DNA from: an uncultured Clostridia bacterium
GTDB taxonomy: Bacteria > Bacillota > Clostridia > RUG12999
Assembly: GCA_934792465.1 (NCBI GenBank)
Contig: CAKVOK010000010.1
Coordinates: 3,426 to 67,425, forward strand
Length of the DNA stretch: 64,000 nucleotides
Reading direction: 5' to 3'
Shown in pieces: positions 46,830-57,691 of this stretch. Below the pieces are notes generated by a model, which ran no database searches, was not told where the DNA came from, and was given only the letters and a program-made list of their open reading frames with translations. The stretch's first letter is position 1, and every line of letters starts with the position of its first letter. Both the position numbers and the translations under genes were made by a program.

Positions 46830-48554
46830 GTGTTTTGTACAAAATGCGGAAACGAAAATCCGGACAATGCCGGATTTTGCCTGAATTGCGGAAATCCGCT
46901 GAATGGCGGGCAGGCTGCATATCCGCAAAACAATCCGGCATACGGACGGCAGGAATATGCGGAAAACGCAAGAATACTGCGAGAGCAAAAAATAGCGGCA
47001 CAAGAAAGAAGAACACAAAGACGGGAAAAATTCATCGCCGTATTATGGCTTATTTCCGGTATATTGCAGATTTTATTGGGTATAGGGCAAATAGTGGAAA
47101 GAATCTATTACGGACTGTCATTCATGGATGATAGGATTTTGCAGTACGCCTGTATATCAAAGCTGCTGTCCGGCGGAGGACTTATTATAATGGGTCTTAT
47201 TTCTATAGCGTTTTTTTTGCGGATGGGCAAAAAAACGCAAGTTTGTAAAAAAATATATATGCCGGTGATGATGTGTGTTTTGCAGATTATTTTTATTTCT
47301 TCCAGCTTGATACAGATAGGTTATTCGCTCGGTCCATTAATGCCATTTTATTATGAAATTTATTCATTATTGTCTGGTAATATTAGTAAAGTATTTGAAT
47401 ACGGCAGTAATATTGTTACGGCAGTTATATGTATGCTCCCTATTTTTTCGGCTGTTATGGAATTTATAAATATATCGTGCCGAAAAAGCAAGGCAGAAAC
47501 ACCCAAAGGTCACAATCGGTTAATTGCATCGGCGCTTTTCTTGGCAGCTTGCCTCATAATTACGTCTGTCGCATCATATTCTTTGTGGCAATATAAATAT
47601 AATATTTATCTGAAAGAAGAAGAAAGGATTGGGCAGGTTGTTTCAAGCGGAAGTTTGAATGATTATCCGAACAGAGTTATAGGTCAGTCGCTGGATAATT
47701 ATATGCAAAGTATAGATTCGGACAAACTCAATACCTACGTTAATAATTATTATTATGCAGCCAACGATCCCGAAAGATTATACTGTTCCAAAGAAATATC
47801 ATACCATGCTTCACCGGAAGATAATCGTTACATTGAAAGATGGCTTCGATACTCTTCTTCCTCCGAAGAACTTCAAGACGGTAGTCAAGAAACCGAAATT
47901 TATATTACATTTTGCATAAATGAGGCAAAAAATTCAATTAATATTACAAACGTTAAGATAGACGGTAAAGATCTTGACGATGCGCAGCGTGAAAAATGGA
48001 TAAAGAAGTATATAGGCGGGCAGGAGGATTGGTATTTGAAAAACCGCGGAGAAAGGTATATGGAAGATGGGGCATATATATCTGATGACGAAGTATTTTA
48101 TATTGCACCGGACTATAAATTTAAGACAACAACTGTATTTAAAAACTCCGGTTATAAAGAAGTAGAAGCGTATGACATATCATATGATGGGGAAAGGCTG
48201 TGGCTGAAAGTCGAGTCAACCGACGAGAATGGCAAAAGTTCATATTACTGGATTCCGAAAGATGCGTATAAAGACAAATACAGAAGCAGCTATACGTCAG
48301 GAGGCACATATTCTGATTTGGAGTTGCTCGGGCAGAGATATTATAGAGACGGTGTTTATGTATCTAACACAGATAGGTTATATACATTGCCCTACTCAGG
48401 CAAGTCTTGCCTAGTAAAGTTTGATACCTCCGGGACAAAAGATGTGTATGACTATATAGTGAAAGAAGGGAAGCTATGGTTAAAATTAAAAGAAACAATA
48501 GACGGTCAAACATCATATTACTGGATTCCGAAAACAGAAAGCGGTTTGTCGTAA
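46830..48554 (+). CDS. Zinc-ribbon membrane protein, paralog 3, with a large C-terminal extracytoplasmic domain
   Basis: GTG start: MFCTKCGNENPDNAGFCLNCGN, with the RBS and start context duplicated from paralog 2 (gaaaggtggtaaataattGTG versus gaaagggggtaaatagatATG). Multiple TM helices. C-terminal ~330 aa contain repeated ..SYYWIPK.. modules. Confidence 0.6.
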   Translation: MFCTKCGNENPDNAGFCLNCGNPLNGGQAAYPQNNPAYGRQEYAENARILREQKIAAQERRTQRREKFIAVLWLISGILQILLGIGQIVERIYYGLSFMDDRILQYACISKLLSGGGLIIMGLISIAFFLRMGKKTQVCKKIYMPVMMCVLQIIFISSSLIQIGYSLGPLMPFYYEIYSLLSGNISKVFEYGSNIVTAVICMLPIFSAVMEFINISCRKSKAETPKGHNRLIASALFLAACLIITSVASYSLWQYKYNIYLKEEERIGQVVSSGSLNDYPNRVIGQSLDNYMQSIDSDKLNTYVNNYYYAANDPERLYCSKEISYHASPEDNRYIERWLRYSSSSEELQDGSQETEIYITFCINEAKNSINITNVKIDGKDLDDAQREKWIKKYIGGQEDWYLKNRGERYMEDGAYISDDEVFYIAPDYKFKTTTVFKNSGYKEVEAYDISYDGERLWLKVESTDENGKSSYYWIPKDAYKDKYRSSYTSGGTYSDLELLGQRYYRDGVYVSNTDRLYTLPYSGKSCLVKFDTSGTKDVYDYIVKEGKLWLKLKETIDGQTSYYWIPKTESGLS

Positions 48555-48611
48555 TATAATGCCTATCAGATTATATGAAATTAAAACCTTAAGAAAAGGG
48601 GAAATGAAAAA

Positions 48612-49133
48612 ATGAACATATGTAAAAGTTGCGGAAATGAAATTGGTGAAAATGAGAAGTTTTGCCGGAAATGCGGTGCTGCCGCAGAAGTACAGACTGA
48701 TTATCAGAATACATATGCAGTGCAGGGAAGTGCGCCGTATAGGACAAAAAGCGAACTGACGGCGGCACACAAATATTTTATGATAAAGTTTAAAAGAATA
48801 TTGGCGCTCGTAATGATGGTTCTTACGGCAGGAGCAATTGTAGCCGGTTTGATGTCAATAGCTCCGCTGAACAGTAATTATAAATCGGCACTTGCTCACG
48901 GAAGCAGTATTTCATATATTGAATCTGTCGGCGGCAAAACGCTGGAAGAAGCGTATTACAAGGATTACGGCAAATATTTGGAAAACGAAGCTGCAATCTC
49001 GTATACAACGGCTTGTCTTGTCAGCGGAATTTATCAGACCGTGCTGCTTATTCTGTTGTTATATTGGGTTTACTTATTCATGGAATCATCATTCAAAAAG
49101 CAACTTTACGAAGAAACCGGAGAGATAGAATAA
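48612..49133 (+). CDS. Zinc-ribbon membrane protein, paralog 4
   Basis: NICKSCGNEIGENEKFCRKCGAA, then TM helices. Confidence 0.6.
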   Translation: MNICKSCGNEIGENEKFCRKCGAAAEVQTDYQNTYAVQGSAPYRTKSELTAAHKYFMIKFKRILALVMMVLTAGAIVAGLMSIAPLNSNYKSALAHGSSISYIESVGGKTLEEAYYKDYGKYLENEAAISYTTACLVSGIYQTVLLILLLYWVYLFMESSFKKQLYEETGEIE

Positions 49134-49237
49134 CAGGAAAGGCAATATATACACAACACGGAACGACAGCTGTTTTGAACCGATACAAATGAGGTTCGGC
49201 AAGCCGGACGTTCCGTGTCGCTGTTCTGCATATATTA

Positions 49238-49474
49238 CTAAACTTTATGTGCAGTAATAATCGTATAGCTGTATGCATTTACGGTAATCACACAATCGGG
49301 CGTGTGCACATACCAATTTTTCCCACGCCGTTCAATCGAAACGGCGTGATTTAATATGCGGTCTTTGCACCATTCTGCGGGATTATCCGTATCGATATAG
49401 AGATTGCGCCGTATGCGCTTAGCACCGAGTTCCGTTGTATGAAGCTTTTCGATATTGCATATTAATTCGTTCAT
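49238..49474 (-). CDS. DUF3781-family small protein
   Basis: ..NWYVHTPDCVITVNAYSYTIITAHK at the C-terminus is the DUF3781 signature. The start is probably MNELICN (49474) rather than the upstream M. Confidence 0.55.
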   Translation of the reverse strand: MNELICNIEKLHTTELGAKRIRRNLYIDTDNPAEWCKDRILNHAVSIERRGKNWYVHTPDCVITVNAYSYTIITAHKV

Positions 49475-49513
49475 GATTCCGACCTTTCGGTGAAAAAGCA
49501 TTTTTAATAATTG

Positions 49514-50356
49514 TTATTTCCTCATTTGAGCCGCTTTGACCGTATTTTTCATAAGCATTGCAATCGTCATCGGGCCTACGCCGCCGGGAACGGGGGTGAT
49601 AGCACCTGCGATTTCCTTTACGTTTTCAAAATCAACGTCGCCGCAAAGCTTTCCCTCTGCGTTTCTGTTCATTCCGACGTCAATGACAACCGCTCCGGGT
49701 TTTACCATATCGGCGGTTATAATATTTTCTTTTCCCACTGCTGCAACGATTATATCCGCACGCAGACATTCTTCTTTCAGATTAGCTGTTTTTGAATGGC
49801 AAACCGTAACCGTTCCGTTTTGGTGAAGCAGCAGCATTGCCTGCGGTTTGCCGACTATATTGCTTCTGCCGACAACTACGCAGTGTTTTCCGGCAACGTC
49901 TATTCCGCTTTCTTTTATCAGCTCCATAACGCCTGCCGGAGTACACGGCAGAAAATCATAATCGCCTATCATGATTTTGCCTACGTTGACGGGGTGGAAT
50001 GCGTCAACGTCTTTATTCACGCTTATTCTGTTTATTACGGCTTTTTCGTCAAGATGCTTCGGCAGCGGCAGCTGCACCAATATTCCGTCTGTGTTTTCCG
50101 ATTCGTTCAATGTATCTATCAGCTCTTCCAGCTGTTCCTGCGTTGTTTCCTCCGGCAAAACATATTCCGACGATATCATTCCGACCTCTTCGCAGGCACG
50201 CTTTTTGTTGCGCACGTATACCTTTGAAGCGGGGTCGTTTCCCACAAGCACCACCGCAAGGCAAGGTTTAATGCCTTTTTCTTTTAACGCTTCCACTTCT
50301 TTCGCCGCTTCTGCTTTTATTCTTGCCGAAACCTTTTTTCCGTCTAAAATCATCAT
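49514..50356 (-). CDS. folD: Bifunctional methylenetetrahydrofolate dehydrogenase / methenyl-THF cyclohydrolase
   Basis: N-terminus [15 protein letters not shown].., ..[17 protein letters not shown].., ..GRSNIVGKP.., ..[11 protein letters not shown].. Confidence 0.9.
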   Translation of the reverse strand: MMILDGKKVSARIKAEAAKEVEALKEKGIKPCLAVVLVGNDPASKVYVRNKKRACEEVGMISSEYVLPEETTQEQLEELIDTLNESENTDGILVQLPLPKHLDEKAVINRISVNKDVDAFHPVNVGKIMIGDYDFLPCTPAGVMELIKESGIDVAGKHCVVVGRSNIVGKPQAMLLLHQNGTVTVCHSKTANLKEECLRADIIVAAVGKENIITADMVKPGAVVIDVGMNRNAEGKLCGDVDFENVKEIAGAITPVPGGVGPMTIAMLMKNTVKAAQMRK

Positions 50357-52166
50357 TTTTTATACCTCCGTTATTTTCCGGTCTTACAAGACACGTGTTT
50401 TTATATCCTATTAAATCTTCTCGCCCGGCGAGCCTGAGCGCTTTGCGCACAAGGTCGGCATTTTCCGGACGGGTAAATTGCAAAAGTGCTCTTTGCATAC
50501 GCTTTTCTTCTTTTGATTTCGCAACATATACCTCCGTCATTGTACGTGGGTCAAGTCCCGTGTAGTACATACAAGTTGATATTGTTCCGGGAGTCGGGTA
50601 AAAATCCTGCACCTGCTGAGGATTCAAATGCTCTTTTTTCAGATATTGCGCCAGAGTTACCGCCGATTTGAGCGTGCTTCCGGGGTGGCTCGACATCAGA
50701 TACGGTACGAGATATTGCTCTTTGCCTATCTCTTTATTGATTCTGTAATATTTTTCGCAGAATTTGTTGTATACTTCCACCTTGGGTTTGCCCATTTTGC
50801 TCAAAACCTCCGGGCAGACGTGTTCGGGCGCAACTTTCAGCTGCCCGCTTATGTGATGCTCGCACAGCTCATACAAAAATTCATCGGATTTATCCGCCAT
50901 TATATAGTCAAATCTAAGTCCAGAACGGACGAATACTTTTTTGACGCCCTGAATCGCACGAAGCTTCCGCAAAAGTTCCAGGTAATCCTTGTGTGATACG
51001 TCCATATTCGGGCATACGTCCGGATATAGACACTGACGGTTTTCGCATACGCCGAATTTAAGCTGCTTTTTGCAGGCGGGAAATCTGAAATTTGCGGACG
51101 GTCCGCCAACGTCATGGATATATCCTTTGAAATCGGGGTGTCGGACAAGCTTTTCCGCTTCCGCAATAATTGATTCGTGGCTTCTGCTTTGCACGATTCT
51201 GCCCTGGTGAAACGCCAGCGCACAGAAATTGCAGCCGCCGAAGCAGCCTCTTGCGCTTATCAGGCTGAACTGTACTTCGTTTATAGCCGGAACACCGCCG
51301 TATTTTTCGTACATCGGGTGGTATCGGCGCTCAAACGGAAGTGAGAATACTTCGTCAAGTTCTTCCCTTGAAAGAGGCATTTGCGGCTTGTTCTGCACAA
51401 GGTATCTTCCGGCACATTCCTGCACCACTGTTTTTCCCCGTATCGGGTCGTTATTTTTATACTGAATACGGACAGAATCCGCATATTTGCGTTTGTCGCT
51501 TTTAACTTCTTTGAATGACGGACATTCTTCGTAATCGATTATGCCGTCGAGGGTTTTTGCTATATATGCCGTGCCGTCGAGATATGTAATCTGCGATACG
51601 TCATACCCGGCATTAAGTGCGTCGGCATATTCTGCGATACACCGCTCGCCCATGCCGTACATCAGAAGGTCTGCGCCGCAGTCGAAAAGTATCGAACGGC
51701 GCACATTGTTATCCCAGTAATCGTAGTGAGCGTATCTGCGCAGGCTTGCCTCGATACCGCCTACGGCAATCGGAATATCTCCGTAAGCTTCCCGTATTCT
51801 GTTGCAATATACTATAGTCGCCCTATCGGGTCTTTTGCCGGCAGCACCGCCGGGGCTGTACAAATCCTCACTGCGCCTGTGCTTTGCCACGCTGTAATGT
51901 GCGACCATGGTATCTATATTTCCTGCGGAAACCAGAAATCCGAGCCGAGGTCTGCCGAATCTTTTAAAATCCTCTGCGGATTTAAAATTCGGCTGTGCCA
52001 ATATTGCCACCTTATATCCGTGCGATTCGAGTACTCTCGACAGAATCGCCGCCGCAAACGAGGGGTGGTCTACATATGCGTCCCCGCTGACAAAAACGAA
52101 ATCCGGCTGAACCCAGCCTCTTGCTTCCATATCGCTTGCCGTAACGGGTAAAAAATTATTTTCCAT
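50268..52166 (-). CDS. ygiQ: YgiQ-family radical SAM protein (UPF0313)
   Basis: N-terminus ..[27 protein letters not shown].., radical-SAM CxxxCxxC ([13 protein letters not shown]), and a basic C-terminal tail. Confidence 0.85.
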   Translation of the reverse strand: MENNFLPVTASDMEARGWVQPDFVFVSGDAYVDHPSFAAAILSRVLESHGYKVAILAQPNFKSAEDFKRFGRPRLGFLVSAGNIDTMVAHYSVAKHRRSEDLYSPGGAAGKRPDRATIVYCNRIREAYGDIPIAVGGIEASLRRYAHYDYWDNNVRRSILFDCGADLLMYGMGERCIAEYADALNAGYDVSQITYLDGTAYIAKTLDGIIDYEECPSFKEVKSDKRKYADSVRIQYKNNDPIRGKTVVQECAGRYLVQNKPQMPLSREELDEVFSLPFERRYHPMYEKYGGVPAINEVQFSLISARGCFGGCNFCALAFHQGRIVQSRSHESIIAEAEKLVRHPDFKGYIHDVGGPSANFRFPACKKQLKFGVCENRQCLYPDVCPNMDVSHKDYLELLRKLRAIQGVKKVFVRSGLRFDYIMADKSDEFLYELCEHHISGQLKVAPEHVCPEVLSKMGKPKVEVYNKFCEKYYRINKEIGKEQYLVPYLMSSHPGSTLKSAVTLAQYLKKEHLNPQQVQDFYPTPGTISTCMYYTGLDPRTMTEVYVAKSKEEKRMQRALLQFTRPENADLVRKALRLAGREDLIGYKNTCLVRPENNGGIKNDDFRRKKGFGKNKSRSGERSGSVKRKRH

Positions 52167-54468
52167 TTTGTTTCTCCATCATTTCGTCAAACTGCTGGCG
52201 TGTCATTGTGAGCGTTCTCGGTTTGTTGCTTCCGTCGTAAGTGGAAATTACGTTTCGCTTGTCCAGCATATCTATGAGCCGTCCGGCTCTCGCATATCCC
52301 ACTTTAAGGCGTCTTTGGAGCATGGAAGCCGAAACCTGCCCGAGTTCAAATGCAATCTCTGCCGCTTCCGTGAAGAGTGCGTCGTCCGAATCGGTGTCCT
52401 CAACAGCCGGCACAGGGGCGCTGCTGCCTTCAATTTCGCTCATAATATCATCGTTGTATGCTGCAGCGGTCTGCGATTTAATATAATTAACTATGTTTTC
52501 GACGTCTGTGTCGGATACAAACGCACCCTGTACACGGTTCGGATTTGAGCTTCCGGCAAGCATCATGAGCATATCGCCTTTGCCGACAAGCTTTTCCGCT
52601 CCGCTTGTATCGAGAATCGTCCTCGAATCCGTTGAACTTGATACCGCAAACGATATTCTGGACGGTATGTTCGCCTTTATAACGCCGGTTATAACGTCAA
52701 CAGACGGTCTTTGCGTAGCAACTACAAGGTGCATACCGGCGGCTCTCGCCTTTTGCGCAATACGGCAGATATAATCCTGAACTTCACCGGGTGCTACCAT
52801 CATAAGGTCGGCAAGCTCGTCTATTATTATTACAATCTGCGGAAGTACCGTTCCGCCCTCGTCACGCATTTTCTTGTTGTAGCCTTTCAAATCACGCACC
52901 ATATGGTCGGCGAATTTGAGGTATCTTTCTTCCATTTCTTTAACTGCCCAGCAGAGTGCGCCGGCAGCTTTTTTCGGGTCGGTCACAACGGGTATGAGCA
53001 GATGAGGTATGCCGTTGTACGAGCCAAGCTCCACGACCTTCGGGTCTACCATAACGAGCTTCACCTCGTCCGGCTTTGCTTTATACAAAATACTTGTAAT
53101 AATCGTATTTATGCATACACTCTTACCGGAGCCCGTGGCACCGGCAATGAGCAAATGCGGAGTTTTGGCAATATCCATTACAACCGTGCTGCCGTTTATA
53201 TCACGGCCTACGGCTACGGCAAGCTTGGACGGATGATTTTTAAATTCCGGAGTTTCAAGCATTGTACGCATATATACGGTGGTTACCGTATCATTGGAAA
53301 CTTCTATGCCGATGCAGCCCGGCAATACTTCGATTCTTACGTTGCTCGCCGGCAGGCGCAGCGCAATATCACGGTCGAGTGCCGTAATCTTGTTTACCTT
53401 GATACCCTCGGCGGGCAAAACCTCGTATCTTGTAACGCTCGAACCTCTCGTTATATTCGTAACTCTTGCCTGTATTCCGAAGCTTTCGAGAATATCCACC
53501 AGTTTTGCGGCACTTTCTTTCAGCTGTGCCAGGTTTCCGCCGGTATGTACTTTCGGCGCTTCACTCAAAAGCGGAGTTTCGGGCATTTTGTAATTGTCGT
53601 ATAAATGCTCGTCCACGATTTCGCCGTCGTCGTTTATCTTAACCGGTTCTGTTTCCGTCGGTTCTTCGTTCGGCACTTCGGCAGATTCGGTGGTTTTTTC
53701 TTTGTGCTTTTCCTGCTTCGGCTCGGGCATAGGCTTTTCCGCCGCCTGCTCAAGCTCCGAATTTGTATCTTTAATTACTATATTGTCTTTCCAGTTGTAA
53801 TCTTCCAGCTGATGCTCCGGCGGCTGTTCTTCACGCTTTTTCTTTTCTTTTTTAGGATTGCTCGCAGGTGCGGGAACTTCTTCGTCATATTCGCTCGCTG
53901 TAAACATTCCCTCTTTTATGTCCAAAGCGATTGTTTTAAAACCAAGCAATACTTTTTTGATTCCGGTAATAACGGAAAATTGGAATATTACAACGACCAT
54001 AATCGCAAGAAGCGCAAACGCTATAACGAAGCTTCCCAGTCCGCCGAACAAAATGAAAAGTCCTTCGCCTGCCGCTCCGAATACTCCGCCGGAAAATCCG
54101 CTTTGCCCGGCAAGATAAGCGCCATTTATTCCTCCGTTTATTTTGTCGTTTCCTATTCTGTATATAAGATGAAGAATTACGGAGCAGATGAACGGCAGAA
54201 GCAATATCATGGACGTTCTGAGTTTCTTAAGCTTCTGCATGAAAAGAGCGGCAGCACCGCCTGCCAGCAGGCACAACGGAGTTATATATGCCGCACTCCC
54301 GAAAAGACCGGTGAAGATATTCAGCATCCATTTGCCGAAAAGTCCGCACCACGGCGTCCATATGCTCAATACAAACAAAATGCCGAACGCTATGAAAACT
54401 ATCGGTATTACATTTACTCCCTGCTGCGGCTTTGCGGCAGCCTTTCTTCTGACAACTTTCTTTGCCAT
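52156..54468 (-). CDS. ftsK: DNA translocase FtsK/SpoIIIE
   Basis: N-terminal TM helices, a proline/charged linker, motor domain (..[17 protein letters not shown]..), and a C-terminal gamma (winged-helix) domain (..[18 protein letters not shown]..). Confidence 0.9.
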   Translation of the reverse strand: MAKKVVRRKAAAKPQQGVNVIPIVFIAFGILFVLSIWTPWCGLFGKWMLNIFTGLFGSAAYITPLCLLAGGAAALFMQKLKKLRTSMILLLPFICSVILHLIYRIGNDKINGGINGAYLAGQSGFSGGVFGAAGEGLFILFGGLGSFVIAFALLAIMVVVIFQFSVITGIKKVLLGFKTIALDIKEGMFTASEYDEEVPAPASNPKKEKKKREEQPPEHQLEDYNWKDNIVIKDTNSELEQAAEKPMPEPKQEKHKEKTTESAEVPNEEPTETEPVKINDDGEIVDEHLYDNYKMPETPLLSEAPKVHTGGNLAQLKESAAKLVDILESFGIQARVTNITRGSSVTRYEVLPAEGIKVNKITALDRDIALRLPASNVRIEVLPGCIGIEVSNDTVTTVYMRTMLETPEFKNHPSKLAVAVGRDINGSTVVMDIAKTPHLLIAGATGSGKSVCINTIITSILYKAKPDEVKLVMVDPKVVELGSYNGIPHLLIPVVTDPKKAAGALCWAVKEMEERYLKFADHMVRDLKGYNKKMRDEGGTVLPQIVIIIDELADLMMVAPGEVQDYICRIAQKARAAGMHLVVATQRPSVDVITGVIKANIPSRISFAVSSSTDSRTILDTSGAEKLVGKGDMLMMLAGSSNPNRVQGAFVSDTDVENIVNYIKSQTAAAYNDDIMSEIEGSSAPVPAVEDTDSDDALFTEAAEIAFELGQVSASMLQRRLKVGYARAGRLIDMLDKRNVISTYDGSNKPRTLTMTRQQFDEMMEKQNGK

Positions 54469-54636
54469 CCGTATTCAATCCTTTCAAATAATTACATATT
54501 TATTAGTATATCACAAATTGCACGAATTGTCAATTTGTTTGATTAATTATTCACGGAAAAAGCGAATTTGCAAAAAATGATTTTACGGTTCGGCGTTTGC
54601 TGTTTTTTTACAAGTAAAATTATTTTCTGCAAATCA

Positions 54637-54665
54637 TTGACAAAATTCCGGCTTTATGCTATAAT
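54637..54665 (+). promoter_or_regulatory. Promoter of the Tad-locus tetR gene
   Basis: TTGACA, 17 nt, TATAAT. Confidence 0.5.
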
Positions 54666-54718
54666 ATTATTTGGAAAAATTAACCGAACGGTCGGGAAAA
54701 ATTCGGTAAAGGGCGGGA

Positions 54719-55291
54719 TTGATGTTGTCGGAGCAAAGCAGAGAATGCAAAAAACGAAAAATGCTCGAAAAATGTTTTGAGCTTTTTGTAAAAAAGGGGC
54801 TTGAAAATACAAGTTTAAATGATTTGGCAGCATATTGCAAGACCTATAAAGCAGCATTATATAATTATTTTAAGTCGAAAGACGAAATTATATTGGAAGC
54901 CGCAATGATGTATATGAAAACGTTGGATGAGATGTTTAAAAAGGAATTTACAAATCCAAGGCCGACTATAGAAGAAGCACTCAAAAGAGGGTTTGAAGTG
55001 ATTTGCGGACAGCGGAGCGAATTGAGATATATTTATCAGGTTATATCAAGCCCGAAATACGGCAGAACAAGCAGAGAAGAATTGTCGGTTATTTATTCAA
55101 AATATTTTGAATATTCCGAAACTTTTGCGGAATTTTACGGTGTAGACCACAGCAAATTCAGACCGTATTTTCTTTTATTTGTGGCTACGGTGCATGATTA
55201 TTGTCTGTGGGAAAACGACGGCTTGGTCGATGAAAAGCTTAGATTTATTTACGAAAGAGTATCAACACTCGGTATTAAAAAAGGTGTGTGA
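54719..55291 (+). CDS. TetR-family transcriptional regulator at the head of the Tad locus
   Basis: HTH ..TSLNDLAAYCKTYKAALYNYFKSKDEIILEAAM.. The start is ambiguous (54719 or 54761). Confidence 0.65.
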   Translation: MMLSEQSRECKKRKMLEKCFELFVKKGLENTSLNDLAAYCKTYKAALYNYFKSKDEIILEAAMMYMKTLDEMFKKEFTNPRPTIEEALKRGFEVICGQRSELRYIYQVISSPKYGRTSREELSVIYSKYFEYSETFAEFYGVDHSKFRPYFLLFVATVHDYCLWENDGLVDEKLRFIYERVSTLGIKKGV

Positions 55292-55313
55292 ATTTCGGAA
55301 AGAGGTGTTTGAA

Positions 55314-56402
55314 ATGGCAAAAATTAATATTATAATTGCCGATTCGGATGAACTGTATCTGAATCATTTGACGAATTATTTAATTGAACATAACAATACT
55401 TTTCAAGTATGCTCCTTTACCGCAAAGGAGGCATTAACCGCTTATCTTGCGGATAAATCACATAAGACGGATATTATTGCGTTTTCGGAAGATTTGATGA
55501 ACGAAGATATTGCGGCTGCCGATATTCCGGTGAAAATATTACTGTCCGACGGCAGCTTTTCATCATTGACGGAGTATGAGTCCGTGAACAAATTTCAGAA
55601 AACCAATAAATTTATAAATGATATATTGATGATTTATGCGGAAAAAAGCGGCAGAGTCGAAGCTGTTTCCCTCGGTGATAAAAATACAAAGATTATCGGC
55701 TTTTATTCACCTGTCGGAGGAGTCGGAAAAACGACCGTTGCTTTGGGGACGGCATATGCATTGGCAATGCAGGGCAAAAAAGTATTCTATTTGAATGCCG
55801 AAAAAATTAATTCTACTGTCGAAATCCTGAACAGAGGCGAAACGGGAAATTTTTCGGATGTTTACCTGGCACTTAAAACAAAAGGTGCTAATGTAGGTCT
55901 TAGAATCATGGCAAATAAATATACTGATAGTGAAAGCAACATTTCATATATAAATCCTGCGGAGAGTTCTTTGGAAATAAATGAGCTGACGGAAGATGAA
56001 TTTAAAAGACTTGTTGCGGAATTTGAAAAATTAGGGGAATTCGATATTGTTATAATAGATTTTGACAGCGATTTCTCAAAAGAGAAGATATCGATGCTCG
56101 AAACGTGCGACAGAATAATAGTTCCGTTTACAGACGAAAGCATTTCTCTTTCAAAAATTAAATTGTTTGCCAGAGAATTGGGAATGTATGATGAGTTGAG
56201 CAATATCGGCAATAAATCAATATTTGTTTTAAACAAGGCAAATCAGCAAAGCGATGCAATATTGCGAAACAGCAATGTTGATGACTTTTTGGAAACGAAA
56301 GCATGTGTATTTGCTTCGCCCGTATTCAGTGAAACAAGAAATATTTTTCATTCGGGCAATAATGTACTCTCGGCACTTTCGAGCATAATTGAGTGTATTT
56401 AA
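55314..56402 (+). CDS. TadZ/CpaE-like pilus-assembly ATPase (REC-like N-domain plus MinD/ParA-type ATPase)
   Basis: N-terminus MAKINIIIADSD.. is receiver-like. The deviant Walker A IGFYSPVGGVGKTTVALGTAYAL is ParA/MinD-type. RBS GAAAGAGGTG. Confidence 0.7.
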   Translation: MAKINIIIADSDELYLNHLTNYLIEHNNTFQVCSFTAKEALTAYLADKSHKTDIIAFSEDLMNEDIAAADIPVKILLSDGSFSSLTEYESVNKFQKTNKFINDILMIYAEKSGRVEAVSLGDKNTKIIGFYSPVGGVGKTTVALGTAYALAMQGKKVFYLNAEKINSTVEILNRGETGNFSDVYLALKTKGANVGLRIMANKYTDSESNISYINPAESSLEINELTEDEFKRLVAEFEKLGEFDIVIIDFDSDFSKEKISMLETCDRIIVPFTDESISLSKIKLFARELGMYDELSNIGNKSIFVLNKANQQSDAILRNSNVDDFLETKACVFASPVFSETRNIFHSGNNVLSALSSIIECI

Positions 56403-56416
56403 GGCGGTGAAACCGA

Positions 56417-57652
56417 ATGATAGAAAATATTTCGGAGTATATACAGGAAATAAGAAATATGGTTTCAAACAGACTGGATTTAACAAGGGATTTGTCCGAT
56501 GATGAAATCAGAGAGGTTATTTCGCAGGTAATAGCTGAAAAATCTCACGAAAAATATCTTTCGCTGTCGGAAAAGAAATCTGTTATGGACGGTGTGTTTA
56601 ATTCAATGAGGGGTCTTGATGTTTTGCAGCCGCTGGTTGACGACCCCACAGTGACGGAAATAATGATTAACGGACCTGATGATATTTTTATAGAACAAGA
56701 CGGTAAATTGTTTAAAAAAAATATATCGTTCGGCTCAAACGAAAAACTGGAAAACGTTATTCAGAATATAGTTGCGAAAGTAAACAGAACCGTAAACGAA
56801 TCGACGCCTATTGTCGATGCCCGGTTGAAAGACGGTTCGCGTGTTAATGTAGTGTTGCCTCCGATTGCTCTAAACGGTCCTACGGTTACGATACGAAAAT
56901 TTCCGGAGAATCCAATGACTGTTGAACAGCTTATTGCGTACAAATCAATTACGCCCGAGGTTGCGGAGTTTTTGGAAAGGCTTGTAAAGGCAAAATATAA
57001 CATATTTATAAGCGGAGGTACGGGCTCGGGAAAGACAACATTTCTTAATGCTATGTCAAATTTTATACCTCATGATGAACGTGTTATCACTATAGAAGAC
57101 TCGGCGGAATTGCAGATACGCAGCGTTGACAATCTTGTTCGCATGGAAACACGTAATGCCAATATGGAGGGCAAGGGTGAGATAACGATAAGAGATTTGA
57201 TTAAATCTTCTTTAAGAATGCGCCCGGAACGTATCGTAGTCGGCGAGGTTCGAGGTCCGGAAGCTCTTGATATGCTCCAAGCTATGAATACGGGTCATGA
57301 CGGTTCTTTGTCAACAGGACATTCAAACTCGGCAAGAGATATGCTTTCGCGTCTTGAAACAATGGTTTTGACAGGTGCACAAATTCCGCTGGAAGCAATC
57401 AGACAGCAGATAGCTTCGGCAGTGGATATTATAATACAGCTTTCCAGACTTCGGGATAAATCAAGAAGGACTATGGAAATAACAGAGGTTTTGGGATATG
57501 AGGACGGAGAGATAAAACTGAATCCTATATTTAGGTTTGTTGAAACGGGCGAGGATGAAAATCATAAAATCATAGGCAAACTGACAAGGACGGAAAATAA
57601 AATGGTGAATGTGCAAAAATTTTTGTCGGCGGGATTGCCGGATGAAATTTAA
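56417..57652 (+). CDS. CpaF/TadA-type secretion ATPase (type II/IV secretion NTPase)
   Basis: Walker A ISGGTGSGKTTFLNAM, ..ITIEDSAELQ.., ..RPERIVVGEVRGPEALDMLQAMNTGHDGS.. Confidence 0.85.
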   Translation: MIENISEYIQEIRNMVSNRLDLTRDLSDDEIREVISQVIAEKSHEKYLSLSEKKSVMDGVFNSMRGLDVLQPLVDDPTVTEIMINGPDDIFIEQDGKLFKKNISFGSNEKLENVIQNIVAKVNRTVNESTPIVDARLKDGSRVNVVLPPIALNGPTVTIRKFPENPMTVEQLIAYKSITPEVAEFLERLVKAKYNIFISGGTGSGKTTFLNAMSNFIPHDERVITIEDSAELQIRSVDNLVRMETRNANMEGKGEITIRDLIKSSLRMRPERIVVGEVRGPEALDMLQAMNTGHDGSLSTGHSNSARDMLSRLETMVLTGAQIPLEAIRQQIASAVDIIIQLSRLRDKSRRTMEITEVLGYEDGEIKLNPIFRFVETGEDENHKIIGKLTRTENKMVNVQKFLSAGLPDEI

Positions 57653-57691
57653 CACGCAAAAGATTGCGTATAAAAAGGTGGGGACTGAAAT

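Noticed and set aside
52711-54546. Two long plus-strand ORFs (297 and 313 aa) inside the ftsK region
   Set aside because: Both are antisense to the strongly supported FtsK gene. Their translations are Arg/Phe-rich nonsense typical of antisense frames.
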